Positions 39,379-50,064 are shown, counted from the stretch's first letter. The stretch: 64,000 bases of DNA from an uncultured Candidatus Saccharibacteria bacterium (GCA_964450605.1 CAYVEK010000002.1:87681-151680); one strand, 5' to 3'. Notes: generated by a model not told the origin, from the letters alone. Translations and numbers: made by a program.

Positions 39379-40668
39379 ATGAAGAAGTCTGAACAAAATA
39401 CGGCAGTGCTTGAAGTTGGCACAAAGTCACTTCGTATTTTGGTATTGGACAACACTGACACTGAAAAGAGGAAAATATTGGCAACAGCTTCTGTACCAAT
39501 ACAATATATAAAACGAGGAATCATTTCCAACCCTGATGAACTCATACAGTCTATACGACTTGGCCTTTCAAGTATTCAAAAGCAATTTTTACCTAAAATA
39601 CAAAGTATAGTTATCGCACTATCTGGAACTTCCCTAACTAGTATTATCAGCAGTGCACAGATAGAGATACCTCCTCGAACTGGAGTGGTTGATAGTAGAA
39701 CCTTAGACGCACTCATGCAGAAAGTTGAGGACCGTATCCCTGAGTCTATTATCCAAAATAGAAAGATAGTTCAGATCATCCCTCAAGAATACCGCATCGA
39801 CAATAAACGAGTTCCTGGAGATAAAGCACTTGGTCTGCGTGGATTATCTCTTGAGATGAAAGCTCTCTGCATCATGGTGCAAAAACAACATCTTGAAAAT
39901 ATACTCTACGCCTGTGAACAATGTGGTCTACAACCTGAGGACGTGCTTATCGGTCATTATGGATATGCAGAAACCCTAGTCAAAGAACCGGATCGTCTTG
40001 CTGGTGTATGTATTGTAAATATTGGAGGCGACACAACATCTGTTATCACATATGACGAAGGTGTACCACTTTTCTTTGAGGTACTACCTATCGGATCTCA
40101 GGATATAACCAAAGATCTGGCGCTCGGACTCAAAGTAACCATCGAACGAGCTGAGCAGATAAAACTGAATCCTCAGAGTGAATTACAAAAACTTACAACT
40201 GAACTTACTGAAGTAATATTAAAAAAACACAAAACAACCGTTAAACGCGATCAACGAGAGCGTGCTTTGTACATGAACTTGGAAGAAAAATATCACGAGG
40301 TAGTTTTTGCTCGATTGATAGATATATTTGAACTTGTGCAAGGACATTTGCGAAAAATAAAAAAAGATAGACTTCTTCCTGCCGGAGTGCATATCTGCGG
40401 ATCAGGAGGAAAGATTGCTGATATAGATATCATCGCAAAAGAAATACTTCACCTCCCTGTTCAGATAGTAAAAGATACTGAGTTATATAAAACTATCAGT
40501 AAACACAAGATTAGTAATGAATCAAACCCTCCTTTTTACACACCAGACTATCTTTCCTTGTACGGTACAGCTGTTGTATATCTTCAGACAGAAGAACCAA
40601 GTCGATACCACCCTCACGAGTCATTAGGAACCAAGATTTTAGGCTGGTTTAAGCAGTTTTTGCCTTAG
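39379..40668 (+). CDS. ftsA: Cell division protein FtsA
   Basis: EVGTKS, NIGGDTT, ITKDLA..AEQIK, LPAGV; precedes ftsZ. Confidence 0.9.
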   Translation: MKKSEQNTAVLEVGTKSLRILVLDNTDTEKRKILATASVPIQYIKRGIISNPDELIQSIRLGLSSIQKQFLPKIQSIVIALSGTSLTSIISSAQIEIPPRTGVVDSRTLDALMQKVEDRIPESIIQNRKIVQIIPQEYRIDNKRVPGDKALGLRGLSLEMKALCIMVQKQHLENILYACEQCGLQPEDVLIGHYGYAETLVKEPDRLAGVCIVNIGGDTTSVITYDEGVPLFFEVLPIGSQDITKDLALGLKVTIERAEQIKLNPQSELQKLTTELTEVILKKHKTTVKRDQRERALYMNLEEKYHEVVFARLIDIFELVQGHLRKIKKDRLLPAGVHICGSGGKIADIDIIAKEILHLPVQIVKDTELYKTISKHKISNESNPPFYTPDYLSLYGTAVVYLQTEEPSRYHPHESLGTKILGWFKQFLP

Positions 40669-40745
40669 TACGGCAGCAAAATCACGACACGTTCTTCTTG
40701 TATATCAAACTTCCCAATCCATATTTTTGTGGTATTATTCCAACC

Positions 40746-41969
40746 ATGCCACAAGTAAAAACTGACGTTCAAACATTTGCCAGAATTATGGTTATCGGAG
40801 TGGGTGGATCTGGTAAAAATGCAACAAACCACATGATCGAAGCAAAAGTTAAAGGTGTTGATTTCCTTGCCGTAAACACAGATGCTCAAGATCTACAAAA
40901 TTCTCTTGCCCCTCGCAAGATACATATAGGTAAAAACTTAACAAAAGGCCTCGGAGCAGGTATGAATCCTGAAGTAGGAAAAAATGCCGCCGAAGAAACT
41001 CGAGCCGAGATCCAAGAATCTCTAAAAAATGCAGACATGGTATTTGTTACAGGTGGACTTGGAGGAGGAACAGGAACAGGAGCAAGCCCTGTTGTTGCTA
41101 AACTAGCAAAAGAGATGGGTACCCTAACTATCGGAGTTGTTACAAAACCTTTTGCCTTTGAGGGAAATCGACGTATGCGACTTGCAGAAGAAGGTCTTGC
41201 TGAGCTATCTCGCTCAGTTGATGCTCTTGTTGTTGTGCCTAACGACAAACTTCTTGCTGTTGTAGATAAAAATACTACTGCCAAGGATGCATTCTCTATG
41301 TCCGATGAGGTGCTTCGACAAGCCGTTGAAGGTATTTCACAACTTATCACAACACCTGGAAGTGTCGGAAACATCGACTTTGCTGATATACGAGCCGTTC
41401 TTGAAAATGCAGGCTCAGCGCTTATGGGTATTGGAACAGCAAGTGGAGAAAATCGTGCAACTGACGCCGCTAAAGCAGCAATATCATCACCTCTTATCGA
41501 CGTATCTATACATGGTGCAAAAGGAGTTCTCTTCTCTATCGCCGGAAGCGATGATCTAACTATGTATGAGATCTCAGAAGCAGCTCGAGTTATTACAGAA
41601 TCTGTTGACCCTGATGCCAAGATTATCTTCGGTACAGTCAAAGATGAAAGTCTAAAGAAAAATGAAATAAAAATCACTGTTATCGCAGCCAACTTTCCTG
41701 ATAAACTCACAGCCGTTCGAAACATCTTCAAAGATCGAGATGCCATGATACAAGATAGCCACTCTCAATCAGACTCCCCTACAAAAGGAAAGATTTTTAA
41801 CTCTATCGGCAACATCTTTAAAGAAGAACCTACTCCAACTCCAGCTCCAACAAAAGTTGAGGAGATTATCGATGACACTACAAACTCAAATGTAATGAAG
41901 CCTGCTCCAGACGATGATGAATGGAGTGCTGTTCCAGCTTTTCTACGAAGATCAAAAGGTCGAAACTAA
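40746..41969 (+). CDS. ftsZ: Cell division protein FtsZ
   Basis: GLGGGTGTG, NIDFAD, C-terminal VPAFLRR. Confidence 0.97.
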   Translation: MPQVKTDVQTFARIMVIGVGGSGKNATNHMIEAKVKGVDFLAVNTDAQDLQNSLAPRKIHIGKNLTKGLGAGMNPEVGKNAAEETRAEIQESLKNADMVFVTGGLGGGTGTGASPVVAKLAKEMGTLTIGVVTKPFAFEGNRRMRLAEEGLAELSRSVDALVVVPNDKLLAVVDKNTTAKDAFSMSDEVLRQAVEGISQLITTPGSVGNIDFADIRAVLENAGSALMGIGTASGENRATDAAKAAISSPLIDVSIHGAKGVLFSIAGSDDLTMYEISEAARVITESVDPDAKIIFGTVKDESLKKNEIKITVIAANFPDKLTAVRNIFKDRDAMIQDSHSQSDSPTKGKIFNSIGNIFKEEPTPTPAPTKVEEIIDDTTNSNVMKPAPDDDEWSAVPAFLRRSKGRN

Positions 41970-42023
41970 ACTAGACCATAAAAAATCAAACCATGAGATT
42001 CAAGCATGATGTATACTTACATC

Positions 42024-42950
42024 ATGCTTGATCTTATTATCATAGGAGGAGGACCTGCTGGAGCTGCAGCAGGTGTATACGCTTCTCGAAAAAGATTAAA
42101 AACAGCTCTCATAACAGATTCTTTTGGTGGACAAAGTGTTGTCTCAACAGATATACAAAACTGGATAGGCTCTCCTCATATAAGTGGAGATGCTTTAGCA
42201 AAAAGTCTTGAAGCGCATGTTCGAGAATATGCAAGTGATATCACAACTATATATGATCATCACCGAGTCGTTGCTGTTCGAAAAGATGGCATGACATTTT
42301 CTGTTGACGTTCAAGATAGAAGTGGATCAGTAGAGACACTCACCTCTCGTGCTGTGCTGGTCGCCACAGGAAGCAAAAGAAAAAAACTACAAGCAAAAGG
42401 CGCTGATATATTTGAACACAAAGGTGTTACCTACTGTGCGTCATGTGATGGTCCTGTATTTTCAGGCATGCCAGTTGCTGTTATAGGTGGCGGAAACGCA
42501 GCGTTTGAAACAGCTCTGCAGCTTTCTGCATACTGTTCTCATGTCTATTTGTTAAATAGAACAGATACATTTAAAGCTGATGAGATAACAGTTGAAAAAG
42601 CTCGTAAAAAAGAAAATCTTACTATCATCACAAACGCCTCAACAGATGAAGTTGCCGGAAGTATGTTTGTAGAAAAACTTCTATATACAGAGTCAGGTGA
42701 GAAAAAAGAACTTGCTGTGAATGGTGTTTTTGTCGAGATCGGACAAGAACCAAATACCGATTTTGTAAAAGGTTTAGTTGATATGAATACAGTTGGAAAT
42801 ATCATCGTTAATCCAAAAACACAAAGAACTTCTGTTGACGGTGTTTGGGCTGCTGGAGATTGTACTGATGGTTTGTATCATCAGAACAATATCGCAGCTG
42901 GAGACGCGGTGAAAGCGCTGGAGGATGCATATGTTTGGTTGCAGGGGTAG
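42024..42950 (+). CDS. trxB: Thioredoxin reductase-like FAD oxidoreductase
   Basis: GGGPAG, YCASCDG, GGGNAA, WAAGD. Confidence 0.85.
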   Translation: MLDLIIIGGGPAGAAAGVYASRKRLKTALITDSFGGQSVVSTDIQNWIGSPHISGDALAKSLEAHVREYASDITTIYDHHRVVAVRKDGMTFSVDVQDRSGSVETLTSRAVLVATGSKRKKLQAKGADIFEHKGVTYCASCDGPVFSGMPVAVIGGGNAAFETALQLSAYCSHVYLLNRTDTFKADEITVEKARKKENLTIITNASTDEVAGSMFVEKLLYTESGEKKELAVNGVFVEIGQEPNTDFVKGLVDMNTVGNIIVNPKTQRTSVDGVWAAGDCTDGLYHQNNIAAGDAVKALEDAYVWLQG

Positions 42951-42956
42951 ATAAAA

Positions 42957-43440
42957 TTATTCTTTATAGTTCTGAACTATTTGTTCGATAATACTAGTTG
43001 TAGATATTTGTCTGTCATTGTTTATGACACTGTCTTTTTCTGATATACAAAGCTCAACACCTATATCTTTAAAAGACTGACGAAACGGTTCCCATGTATC
43101 ACGGTCCAGTGAAATAAAAATATCAGGACGAAGTGTTGCAACTATTTCACTTGTTTTTATCCTTTCTCCTGAAATTTCGTCTTTTGCTAAAAATGAATAA
43201 TCAACATCTTTTAAGCAATCTATTATTCTCATTTATAATAGGCCTTTTACTACCTTTTTTCTTTACAACCATTGAATCTGCTAATACAGCCACTATAAGA
43301 ATATCGCCTAAAGATTTCATTTTTTTAAAACCTGTCACATGTCCTACATGCAATAAATCAAAAACACCGTCAGTAAAAACTATTTTTTTATCTCTATGCT
43401 GATCTCGTATTTGAGAAAGTTGTGTATGATTAATGATCAT
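42957..43440 (-). pseudogene. Frameshifted cytidylyl/adenylyltransferase (RfaE C-terminal/TagD-like)
   Basis: 5' ORF has GVFDLLHVGH and KG..RPI; overlapping 3' ORF has VDY..LRPD..STTSII. Confidence 0.75.
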
Positions 43441-43605
43441 ATTTGTGGGCGATACAGGACTCGACCTCTACGAGGTCAGTACACCTTTGCGGTTTGATTC
43501 GGACAAAAGTCCTCACAAACATCGCAAAGCTTTTCGAGTCCTGAAAAAAGCTTCGCTTTTTTAATTATACAGTATTGTGATATTTGTGGGCGATACAGGA
43601 CTCGA
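43439..43605. mobile_element. tRNA-Val 3'-end duplication with structured insert
   Basis: 26-bp direct repeat at 43439-43464 and 43580-43605; 10-bp inverted repeat at 43455-43464 and 43534-43543. Confidence 0.65.
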
Positions 43606-43659
43606 ACCTGTGGCCTTGTCTACGTCAAAGACACGCTCTACCAACTGAGCTAATCGCCC
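43587..43659 (-). tRNA. tRNA-Val(GAC)
   Basis: GGGCGAT...ATCGCCC, loop TT-GAC-GT, T arm ACAGG-TTCGAGT-CCTGT. Confidence 0.93.
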
Positions 43660-43753
43660 GTCTATAGGTTCCATAGTATCATGGAAGGGCTATTCTGTGG
43701 AGCCACACTTCCCTTGATTTAACAAGGGATTATTGCTATATTTAAGACCGTCA

Positions 43754-43825
43754 GGCCCCATCGTCTAACGGTTAGGACAGCAGGTTTTCAATCTGTTAAT
43801 CGGAGTTCGATTCTCCGTGGGGTCA
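43754..43825 (+). tRNA. tRNA-Glu(TTC)
   Basis: GGCCCCA...TGGGGTC, loop TT-TTC-AA, T arm CGGAG-TTCGATT-CTCCG. Confidence 0.94.
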
Positions 43826-43859
43826 CCTTAAACAGGCGGTATGGGTAGCTTTATTTAAA

Positions 43860-44153
43860 ATGAAAACAACTAAATTAGTATCAATTTTAAACATTGTATT
43901 TATTCCCTTGTATGGATTTTTCTTATGGTTTTTTGCAAACTCACCAAGGATTGGATTCTTTGGAGTATTGTATATGGTTCTTATTTTAGGTAATCTTTTC
44001 TTGCATATATTAAAGAAAGATATATCTCAAAAAATACCTAGGTGGTATCCTACATTGAAGAATGTTGTGATTTCACTTAGTATTGTATCGAGCACTTACT
44101 TTATTGTATGGCTATACTTTGCTTTAAACTATTTAATATCTACTTTACCGTAG
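43860..44153 (+). CDS. Small AT-rich membrane protein
   Basis: Three hydrophobic segments, directly downstream of tRNA-Glu. Confidence 0.55.
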   Translation: MKTTKLVSILNIVFIPLYGFFLWFFANSPRIGFFGVLYMVLILGNLFLHILKKDISQKIPRWYPTLKNVVISLSIVSSTYFIVWLYFALNYLISTLP

Positions 44154-44279
44154 ATTTATTGGCCAACTCCCAGTCTTCATATAATATATGAGCAGTTATC
44201 TAATGACACCAGAAACCCCCTCTGGCATGGTTATAAAACCTAGATTGATAATATTAAGGATCACGGTCGGGCACCTTGC

Positions 44280-44313
44280 CTAAAAAGTCTCCTCTTCCAA
44301 GGAGACTTTTTAG
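44280..44313. terminator. Bidirectional terminator
   Basis: CTAAAAAGTCTCC...GGAGACTTTTTAG. Confidence 0.7.
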
Positions 44314-44362
44314 ATTATTTGAATCATTATCAGGATGTGCTTCAAAGTATACGGTCTCCCCC

Positions 44363-45289
44363 CTACCTCACCATCCTCAACACTAACTTCTCAAACCATT
44401 TTATAAATATCAAACCAAGTATAGCCGAAGCGACATTGAACAATATGTGCGCTAGAGAAACCTGCATAGCTGAGCTATCTGAAAGTGACATGATAAATTC
44501 TGACACTGGTTTTAAAAACGGCAAGACAAGTATCACTCCGAGCACATTAAATACAAAATGTGCCATCGCTGCCCTCTTTGCTTCTTTATCCATCACAGCT
44601 GCTGCGATAAGTGCAGTTGAGGTTGTACCGACATTTGTTCCGAGAAGTATTGCAAATGCCTGCTCAAATCCAACAAGTCCTGCTCCTGCTAGTATAACCA
44701 TAATTCCTGATATAAGAGCACTTGATTGTAGTACAACAGTTATAAGCAATCCTATCAAAAGGCTGATGTATATATTTGCATTATCTGTTAATAGTTTCAT
44801 TATCCACGGATCATTTTTCAAAGGCTCAACGAGAACTGAAATGATAAACAGTGTCGAGAACATCAATCCAAAATAAAATATTGGTTTTCCAAGATGACTA
44901 AAGGCTGTTTTTATTTTCATTAACAAAAATCCAAGCACGAGTATAAACGGCGCAACTTCGAGTAGTTGAAATGCTATCAACTGTGTTGTGATGGTTGTTC
45001 CGATATTTGCACCAAAGATAACTCCGAGACTTTGCCTAAATGTCATAAGACCACCTTGTACCAAACTGATAGCAATGACTGTTGTTGCAGTTGAAGACTG
45101 TAGTATCGCAGTGATCACTGTTCCTATCAGAGTTCCTCGTAGTGGTGTTGAGGTTATACTTTGTATGATTGATTTAAATCTATTTCCTGCAAGTCTTTCG
45201 AGCTGTCGACTAAACTTTTCAATCGCAAAAAGAAATACGAAAATAACAGCAATGATGGAAAATAAAATATAGGTTAAGCTAGTTGGCAT
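44363..45289 (-). CDS. Na/Pi cotransporter family protein
   Basis: Two repeats LQSS...GANIGTT / GTNVGTT. Confidence 0.88.
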   Translation of the reverse strand: MPTSLTYILFSIIAVIFVFLFAIEKFSRQLERLAGNRFKSIIQSITSTPLRGTLIGTVITAILQSSTATTVIAISLVQGGLMTFRQSLGVIFGANIGTTITTQLIAFQLLEVAPFILVLGFLLMKIKTAFSHLGKPIFYFGLMFSTLFIISVLVEPLKNDPWIMKLLTDNANIYISLLIGLLITVVLQSSALISGIMVILAGAGLVGFEQAFAILLGTNVGTTSTALIAAAVMDKEAKRAAMAHFVFNVLGVILVLPFLKPVSEFIMSLSDSSAMQVSLAHILFNVASAILGLIFIKWFEKLVLRMVR

Positions 45290-45469
45290 GAATACATTTT
45301 ACCTGTATTTTGCTGGGTTATTTGCTTGACTTTTAGCACTAAATGCTGTATTATACGAGCGCACCTTAACACTATTTTCATTGCATGATTAAGATCATTT
45401 TTGTGATTTTAATCATGCAATGGAAGACAAAAATTCATCAACCAAAACCCTTCTGTTGCATGCATCACC

Positions 45470-46237
45470 ATGAAAATCCGCATTCTACTGGTCCTCGTGA
45501 CCATCCTCATCACCCTGCTCTTCAACAGCACCGCCTCAGCAACCGCTGAGAAGGATGGAGGGTTTGGCAAACCCTCCATCACTACCCACGTCGAGTGGGC
45601 TCAACAATACCTCGCCTTCGGGGCGGGGATAAACCTCACAGACGACCCTGTTCTGCAAGGCTCCATTACCCTTAACTGGGATAATGGCACCTACCTGTTT
45701 TTATGGGGTTCCACTGATATGTCTGGTCGGCCCGGAAGCTCACTCGGGGACGAGTATGATCTCGGGCTAGGTTGGGCCGGCAACCTCAAAGGCTGGAGCA
45801 TCGACATCGGTGTCACCTACTTCGACGAACCCCACATGGGGAAAGTCGGACATCTCGGCGAAGAAGACATCCTGTATGTGCACCTGAAGGCTGGTCGCGA
45901 TATCGGCCGTGGATGGACCGCATCAGCAGCATTTGAAAGCTATATCACCATGCCGAACACTGAGTACAACGGTGGAAACCTGTACTCAGTCGAGTTGGCA
46001 AAAACTTTCAAAGCATCAGAACGGCTGTCCTTCCCCTTCTCGATCTCTGCCGTCTACGATGATGGTGGGTTCGGATTTGATTCCGGCTGGTTCCTTCGTG
46101 GGAACCTGGGCGCAGACATCACCCTGTCGAAAACACTCACCGCCAATATCGGCGGACGGTACTATGTGCCGTTTGATGTTGACGACGGAAGAGAAACCGA
46201 TGCAATGCTCTACCTCGGCTTCACGTGGAAGCCGTAA
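45470..46237 (+). CDS. TorF-like putative outer-membrane beta-barrel protein
   Basis: Signal peptide; QYLAFG, PVLQG, WGS, DEYDL, IDIGVTYF, C-terminal LYLGFTW. Confidence 0.65.
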   Translation: MKIRILLVLVTILITLLFNSTASATAEKDGGFGKPSITTHVEWAQQYLAFGAGINLTDDPVLQGSITLNWDNGTYLFLWGSTDMSGRPGSSLGDEYDLGLGWAGNLKGWSIDIGVTYFDEPHMGKVGHLGEEDILYVHLKAGRDIGRGWTASAAFESYITMPNTEYNGGNLYSVELAKTFKASERLSFPFSISAVYDDGGFGFDSGWFLRGNLGADITLSKTLTANIGGRYYVPFDVDDGRETDAMLYLGFTWKP

Positions 46238-46318
46238 CGGGGTCGATAAGTACCCCAAACTTATCAATTGCGCACGAGTCCGGAAACGGGCACGGGCGCT
46301 TTTTATGTAACAATATTA

Positions 46319-48337
46319 TTATTGAATCTTTGGATTTACTGTTATTTTAAAGTTTTGATATAAAAAATATTTACCATAATCACCGCCTTCATGAATATTG
46401 ATTTTAAAATAACCGGTGTACACTTTAGGTGTTGTCCCATCACTATTTAGATATGAATCATTTAAATACCTATTAATAGTCGCTGTTCCTCGTGCACCAC
46501 CGCTCGATGTGCCCAGAGAACCATATGTAGGCAACCCTTCACCATAGCCATATACCGAAAATCCAAAAGTTTTATTTGTATCACTTGATACTATTTTAAT
46601 AGTAAAATCTTTATTACCCTCACCATCAGTCATTACTAGATCAAGAGTACACTGGTCAAGTGTATATGTTACTGCTCCTACTAACACACTTTGAGGACAG
46701 TCTGCAAAATTTGATGGATTTAGAATTGTAGGCTCAGAAATTTGGGTTACCACAGGAGGTGAAACAACTGATGATGGAACGCTGATCCGTGCCGTTGCAG
46801 GAATAACGTATGTAGATGTTGGCGACAACGTACCACTACTTATTTCACTGACACCGTAGAATGAACTTATACCCGCATCATCAATAAATCTAAGTCCCGT
46901 AGGTCCATATACTTGAAATTTAATATTGTAAGAAGTGTCAGTTAACTTGGCGGCAAAAACATCTATGTTTAGATTTTTTCGACTATTTTTTGGAACACTA
47001 AAGCCTAGACTGGCCAATTGAATATAATACACTCCCTCATATTTAGTAAATGATGAAGTATTAACAGGAATTGTTGCTAATACGACATTTCCATCTCTAA
47101 CAACAAAAGATTTTATTACTTCTGCAGGATTAAGAACTTCTCCTTTTAAATTTGTTAAAGTAGTTTGCATATTTACTCGAGCAAGTTGTACATTTCCACC
47201 CACAGCTTCCACTGAGATAGTATATGCTCTGAATGAATCATCTTGACTTGTAATATTTGTACTTACAGGAACCGTAGGAGTTGCTGTAGAAGTAGGATTG
47301 GTTGTTGATCCAGGGACTATCTGACTGTTTATTAACGCACGTGTTATTGGCCCAACATATCCATCACCAGGCTGAATATTATTTGCTAACTGATAACCTA
47401 TAACCGCTTTTTTTGTCTCAAAATCAAATGAACCTGTAGGCGCTATATTTAACCAACCTTTAAGTGCCAGAAATCTTTGTAACTTAAGAACCTCGCTACC
47501 TGTCATGCCTATTTCAAGGTTTGTATTGATATATGGAGACTGATCAATGGCAACAACTGTAGTTGCTGGCGCTGAAACACTAATAATTCCAGAACTTACA
47601 GTTCTACCATATCCACCTTTTATAGTAGGTACAATTTGTTCGTCATATAGCTCTATATTATATCTTCCTGCTGGAACCGTGTTAAACACTAATGCATTTT
47701 GCACTTTGCAACCAACTTTTGTTAGATCTACACGTGCAACACCTGCAGCAACATCAAAATATCCGAGATCACAGTAAAGTTTTCCTTGTGAATTAAAAGC
47801 TGTGTCAACAAGTATTGCGTGAAGATTACCTTTTATATTGTATATATGATTCCAACGAATTTCATACACTTTACCAAGCTCCCATGTTTCATCAGATTTC
47901 TGAGTGATTAGTTGCACAAATGGACCTGCCACATATTCTCTCAGATAGTCTTTATTATTAGAACCAGAAGTCTGGTCCGTTGATGGTGTTGAAATATTAT
48001 TACATGAAATATTTTTAATTTTCAGACGTGTCGATGGTCCAACATATCCTGTTGGGGATATCTGATTAGCAGATTGAAAGCTTTTTACAGCCCTTACAGT
48101 TGCGAGACCAAAAAAACCACTGGGATTTGTATTTAAATACTTATTTTCTTGTAGAAAATCCTGAAGGACAGAAACCTCACCATTTGTGAGTGAGTCTACA
48201 GATCGGTAGCGAAGATTATTTTTAATATCTAAACAAGAACTAGTTCCTTCAGGATCGATATCTGTATCTTGTGCAAAAACCGAAACCTGTATACTGCAAC
48301 TAAAAATAAGTACTGCTAAAAAAAATAGTTTATTCAT
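46319..48337 (-). CDS. Secreted protein with two peptidoglycan-binding domains
   Basis: EVSVLQDFL..GFFG..TGYVGPST and EVLKLQRFL..GYVGPIT. Confidence 0.8.
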   Translation of the reverse strand: MNKLFFLAVLIFSCSIQVSVFAQDTDIDPEGTSSCLDIKNNLRYRSVDSLTNGEVSVLQDFLQENKYLNTNPSGFFGLATVRAVKSFQSANQISPTGYVGPSTRLKIKNISCNNISTPSTDQTSGSNNKDYLREYVAGPFVQLITQKSDETWELGKVYEIRWNHIYNIKGNLHAILVDTAFNSQGKLYCDLGYFDVAAGVARVDLTKVGCKVQNALVFNTVPAGRYNIELYDEQIVPTIKGGYGRTVSSGIISVSAPATTVVAIDQSPYINTNLEIGMTGSEVLKLQRFLALKGWLNIAPTGSFDFETKKAVIGYQLANNIQPGDGYVGPITRALINSQIVPGSTTNPTSTATPTVPVSTNITSQDDSFRAYTISVEAVGGNVQLARVNMQTTLTNLKGEVLNPAEVIKSFVVRDGNVVLATIPVNTSSFTKYEGVYYIQLASLGFSVPKNSRKNLNIDVFAAKLTDTSYNIKFQVYGPTGLRFIDDAGISSFYGVSEISSGTLSPTSTYVIPATARISVPSSVVSPPVVTQISEPTILNPSNFADCPQSVLVGAVTYTLDQCTLDLVMTDGEGNKDFTIKIVSSDTNKTFGFSVYGYGEGLPTYGSLGTSSGGARGTATINRYLNDSYLNSDGTTPKVYTGYFKINIHEGGDYGKYFLYQNFKITVNPKIQ

Positions 48338-48446
48338 GTGAATGAGGAGTGAGTTTATTAATAATATTGATTATAACATATATATCCGAGAATGGACACA
48401 TAGAGCACTGATACTAGACAAATAGAATATTTGCTACAATACACCC

Positions 48447-49607
48447 ATGAAAAAACTCAGCCTCAATATCCTCTACCTCTTTATCGGCCTATCTCTTTTA
48501 TCTATCATCACTAAAACCATCGATAAAAAACTAAGCACTTCAAACAAATCACAGACCGCAACCACAACCACAGATCTTGCCGAACAGTCTAAAAAAGATC
48601 CTATACAGGAACAGCTTGATCAGATGTCGATCGAAGAAAAGATAGGCTCTCTACTTATACTCGGATTTCGAGGGCCTGTGATAAATGAACATATTCAAAC
48701 ACTGATAACTAAACATCATGTTGGTGGAGTAAACCTACTTAAGTGGAATATCGAATCGGCCGATCAAATGAAAAAACTTTCCGCTGATTTGCAAAATCTA
48801 TATACAAAAAATCATAACAACTTACCTTTCATCGTATCCGCCGATCAAGAAGGTGGAACTGTTGTTAGATTTAAATTTTTAAATGAAAAAACCGCACAGC
48901 CTGACATGAAGACTGTTGGACAAGTTATCGAAATAACAAAACGTCGTGCAAAAGAACTGAAATCACTCGGAGTAAATATGAATTTTGCACCTGTTGCTGA
49001 CTATATAACAAATACAAAAAGTTTTCTATATAACCGAACTTTTGCAACAACAACTGAAGGCACTATAACTCTCGCAAAAACAGCGGCTGAAGTATATATG
49101 GCACAAGGTGTTATGCCAGTGTTTAAACATTTTCCTGGATATGGAAATAGTACTATAGATCCACATAAAGCGATGACGGTATTTGATGGAACGAGAGAAA
49201 TGTTTAATCAAAACATAGAAGTATTTAAAAACATTTTACAAAATGAAAAAGATATACCTGTAATGACTGCTCATATACAAGTCCCTTGGGTATCGAACTT
49301 ACCCGCAACAAAAGAGCCCTACTTTATGACCGACATGTTACGAAATGATTTTTCATATCAAGGTGTAGTCATAACCGACGATCTAGACATGGCATCAGTT
49401 GGAGCTGATCAGGGTAAAAATGCAGTTGATGCTATAGTTGCAGGAGCTGATATGATTATCAGTACTCCAAATGATACGAACCATTTTGTAATTATCGAAG
49501 CTCTGAAAAAAGCAGTAGATGAAGGAAAAATATCTCAAAAAAGACTTGATGAAGCGGCATATAGAGTGCTCAAGTTACGAAATAAGATGGCGGAAATACA
49601 AGGGTGA
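48447..49607 (+). CDS. Membrane-anchored GH3 beta-N-acetylhexosaminidase (NagZ-like)
   Basis: ADQEGG, NFAPVAD, KHFPG, VMTAH, ITDDLDM. Confidence 0.88.
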   Translation: MKKLSLNILYLFIGLSLLSIITKTIDKKLSTSNKSQTATTTTDLAEQSKKDPIQEQLDQMSIEEKIGSLLILGFRGPVINEHIQTLITKHHVGGVNLLKWNIESADQMKKLSADLQNLYTKNHNNLPFIVSADQEGGTVVRFKFLNEKTAQPDMKTVGQVIEITKRRAKELKSLGVNMNFAPVADYITNTKSFLYNRTFATTTEGTITLAKTAAEVYMAQGVMPVFKHFPGYGNSTIDPHKAMTVFDGTREMFNQNIEVFKNILQNEKDIPVMTAHIQVPWVSNLPATKEPYFMTDMLRNDFSYQGVVITDDLDMASVGADQGKNAVDAIVAGADMIISTPNDTNHFVIIEALKKAVDEGKISQKRLDEAAYRVLKLRNKMAEIQG

Positions 49608-49662
49608 TTTGTGTGGTGGGTTTGGTATGATGTGAGGTGAACTTAACCACCAATCCAGCACC

Positions 49663-50064
49663 ATGAAACTGCTACATCCAGCTGACCCCGCTCTGATAAC
49701 AGCCCTTCAAAGGGTAATCCGATCTGCACAAGATCAACAATGCTCCATACCTGAGGACCCTGAAGAAACCCCTATCGCCGAACTTTTCGAGTCTTCCGCA
49801 AGAAGCGAGAACTCACAAGCGTTTCGAAAGATGATGTTCGACCGTTTCTCTCGCGGGATCGTACTTTGCGAACTTATCCCCACTGTCGAAGGAAGGAAAG
49901 TTTGCCTTGAGGTCTGTCCTGCTGCCAACTTCAGGGTCGTTATCCCTGGCCAGTGCAACATCGGAGTCGATCTCCGGACGACCGTAAAGATATGTGCACT
50001 GGTTCACCCAAGCACTCCTTTTTCACAGATTCTGCACAGTGCAATCGAAAAGGCGATGCAATAG
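49663..50064 (+). CDS. Hypothetical protein, GC-richer stand-alone unit
   Basis: A/C-rich leader, terminator at 50090-50117. Confidence 0.55.
   Translation: MKLLHPADPALITALQRVIRSAQDQQCSIPEDPEETPIAELFESSARSENSQAFRKMMFDRFSRGIVLCELIPTVEGRKVCLEVCPAANFRVVIPGQCNIGVDLRTTVKICALVHPSTPFSQILHSAIEKAMQ

Noticed and set aside
40886-41746. 286-aa antisense ORF and similar shadow ORFs (18-383, 403-705, 15289-15819, 44319-44876)
   Set aside because: They lie opposite well-supported genes and have no motifs
44262-44280. Possible displaced tRNA-Glu 3' end (GGGCACCTT vs GGTCACCTT) before a terminator
   Set aside because: Only 8 of 9 bases match; too weak to call an att site without comparative data
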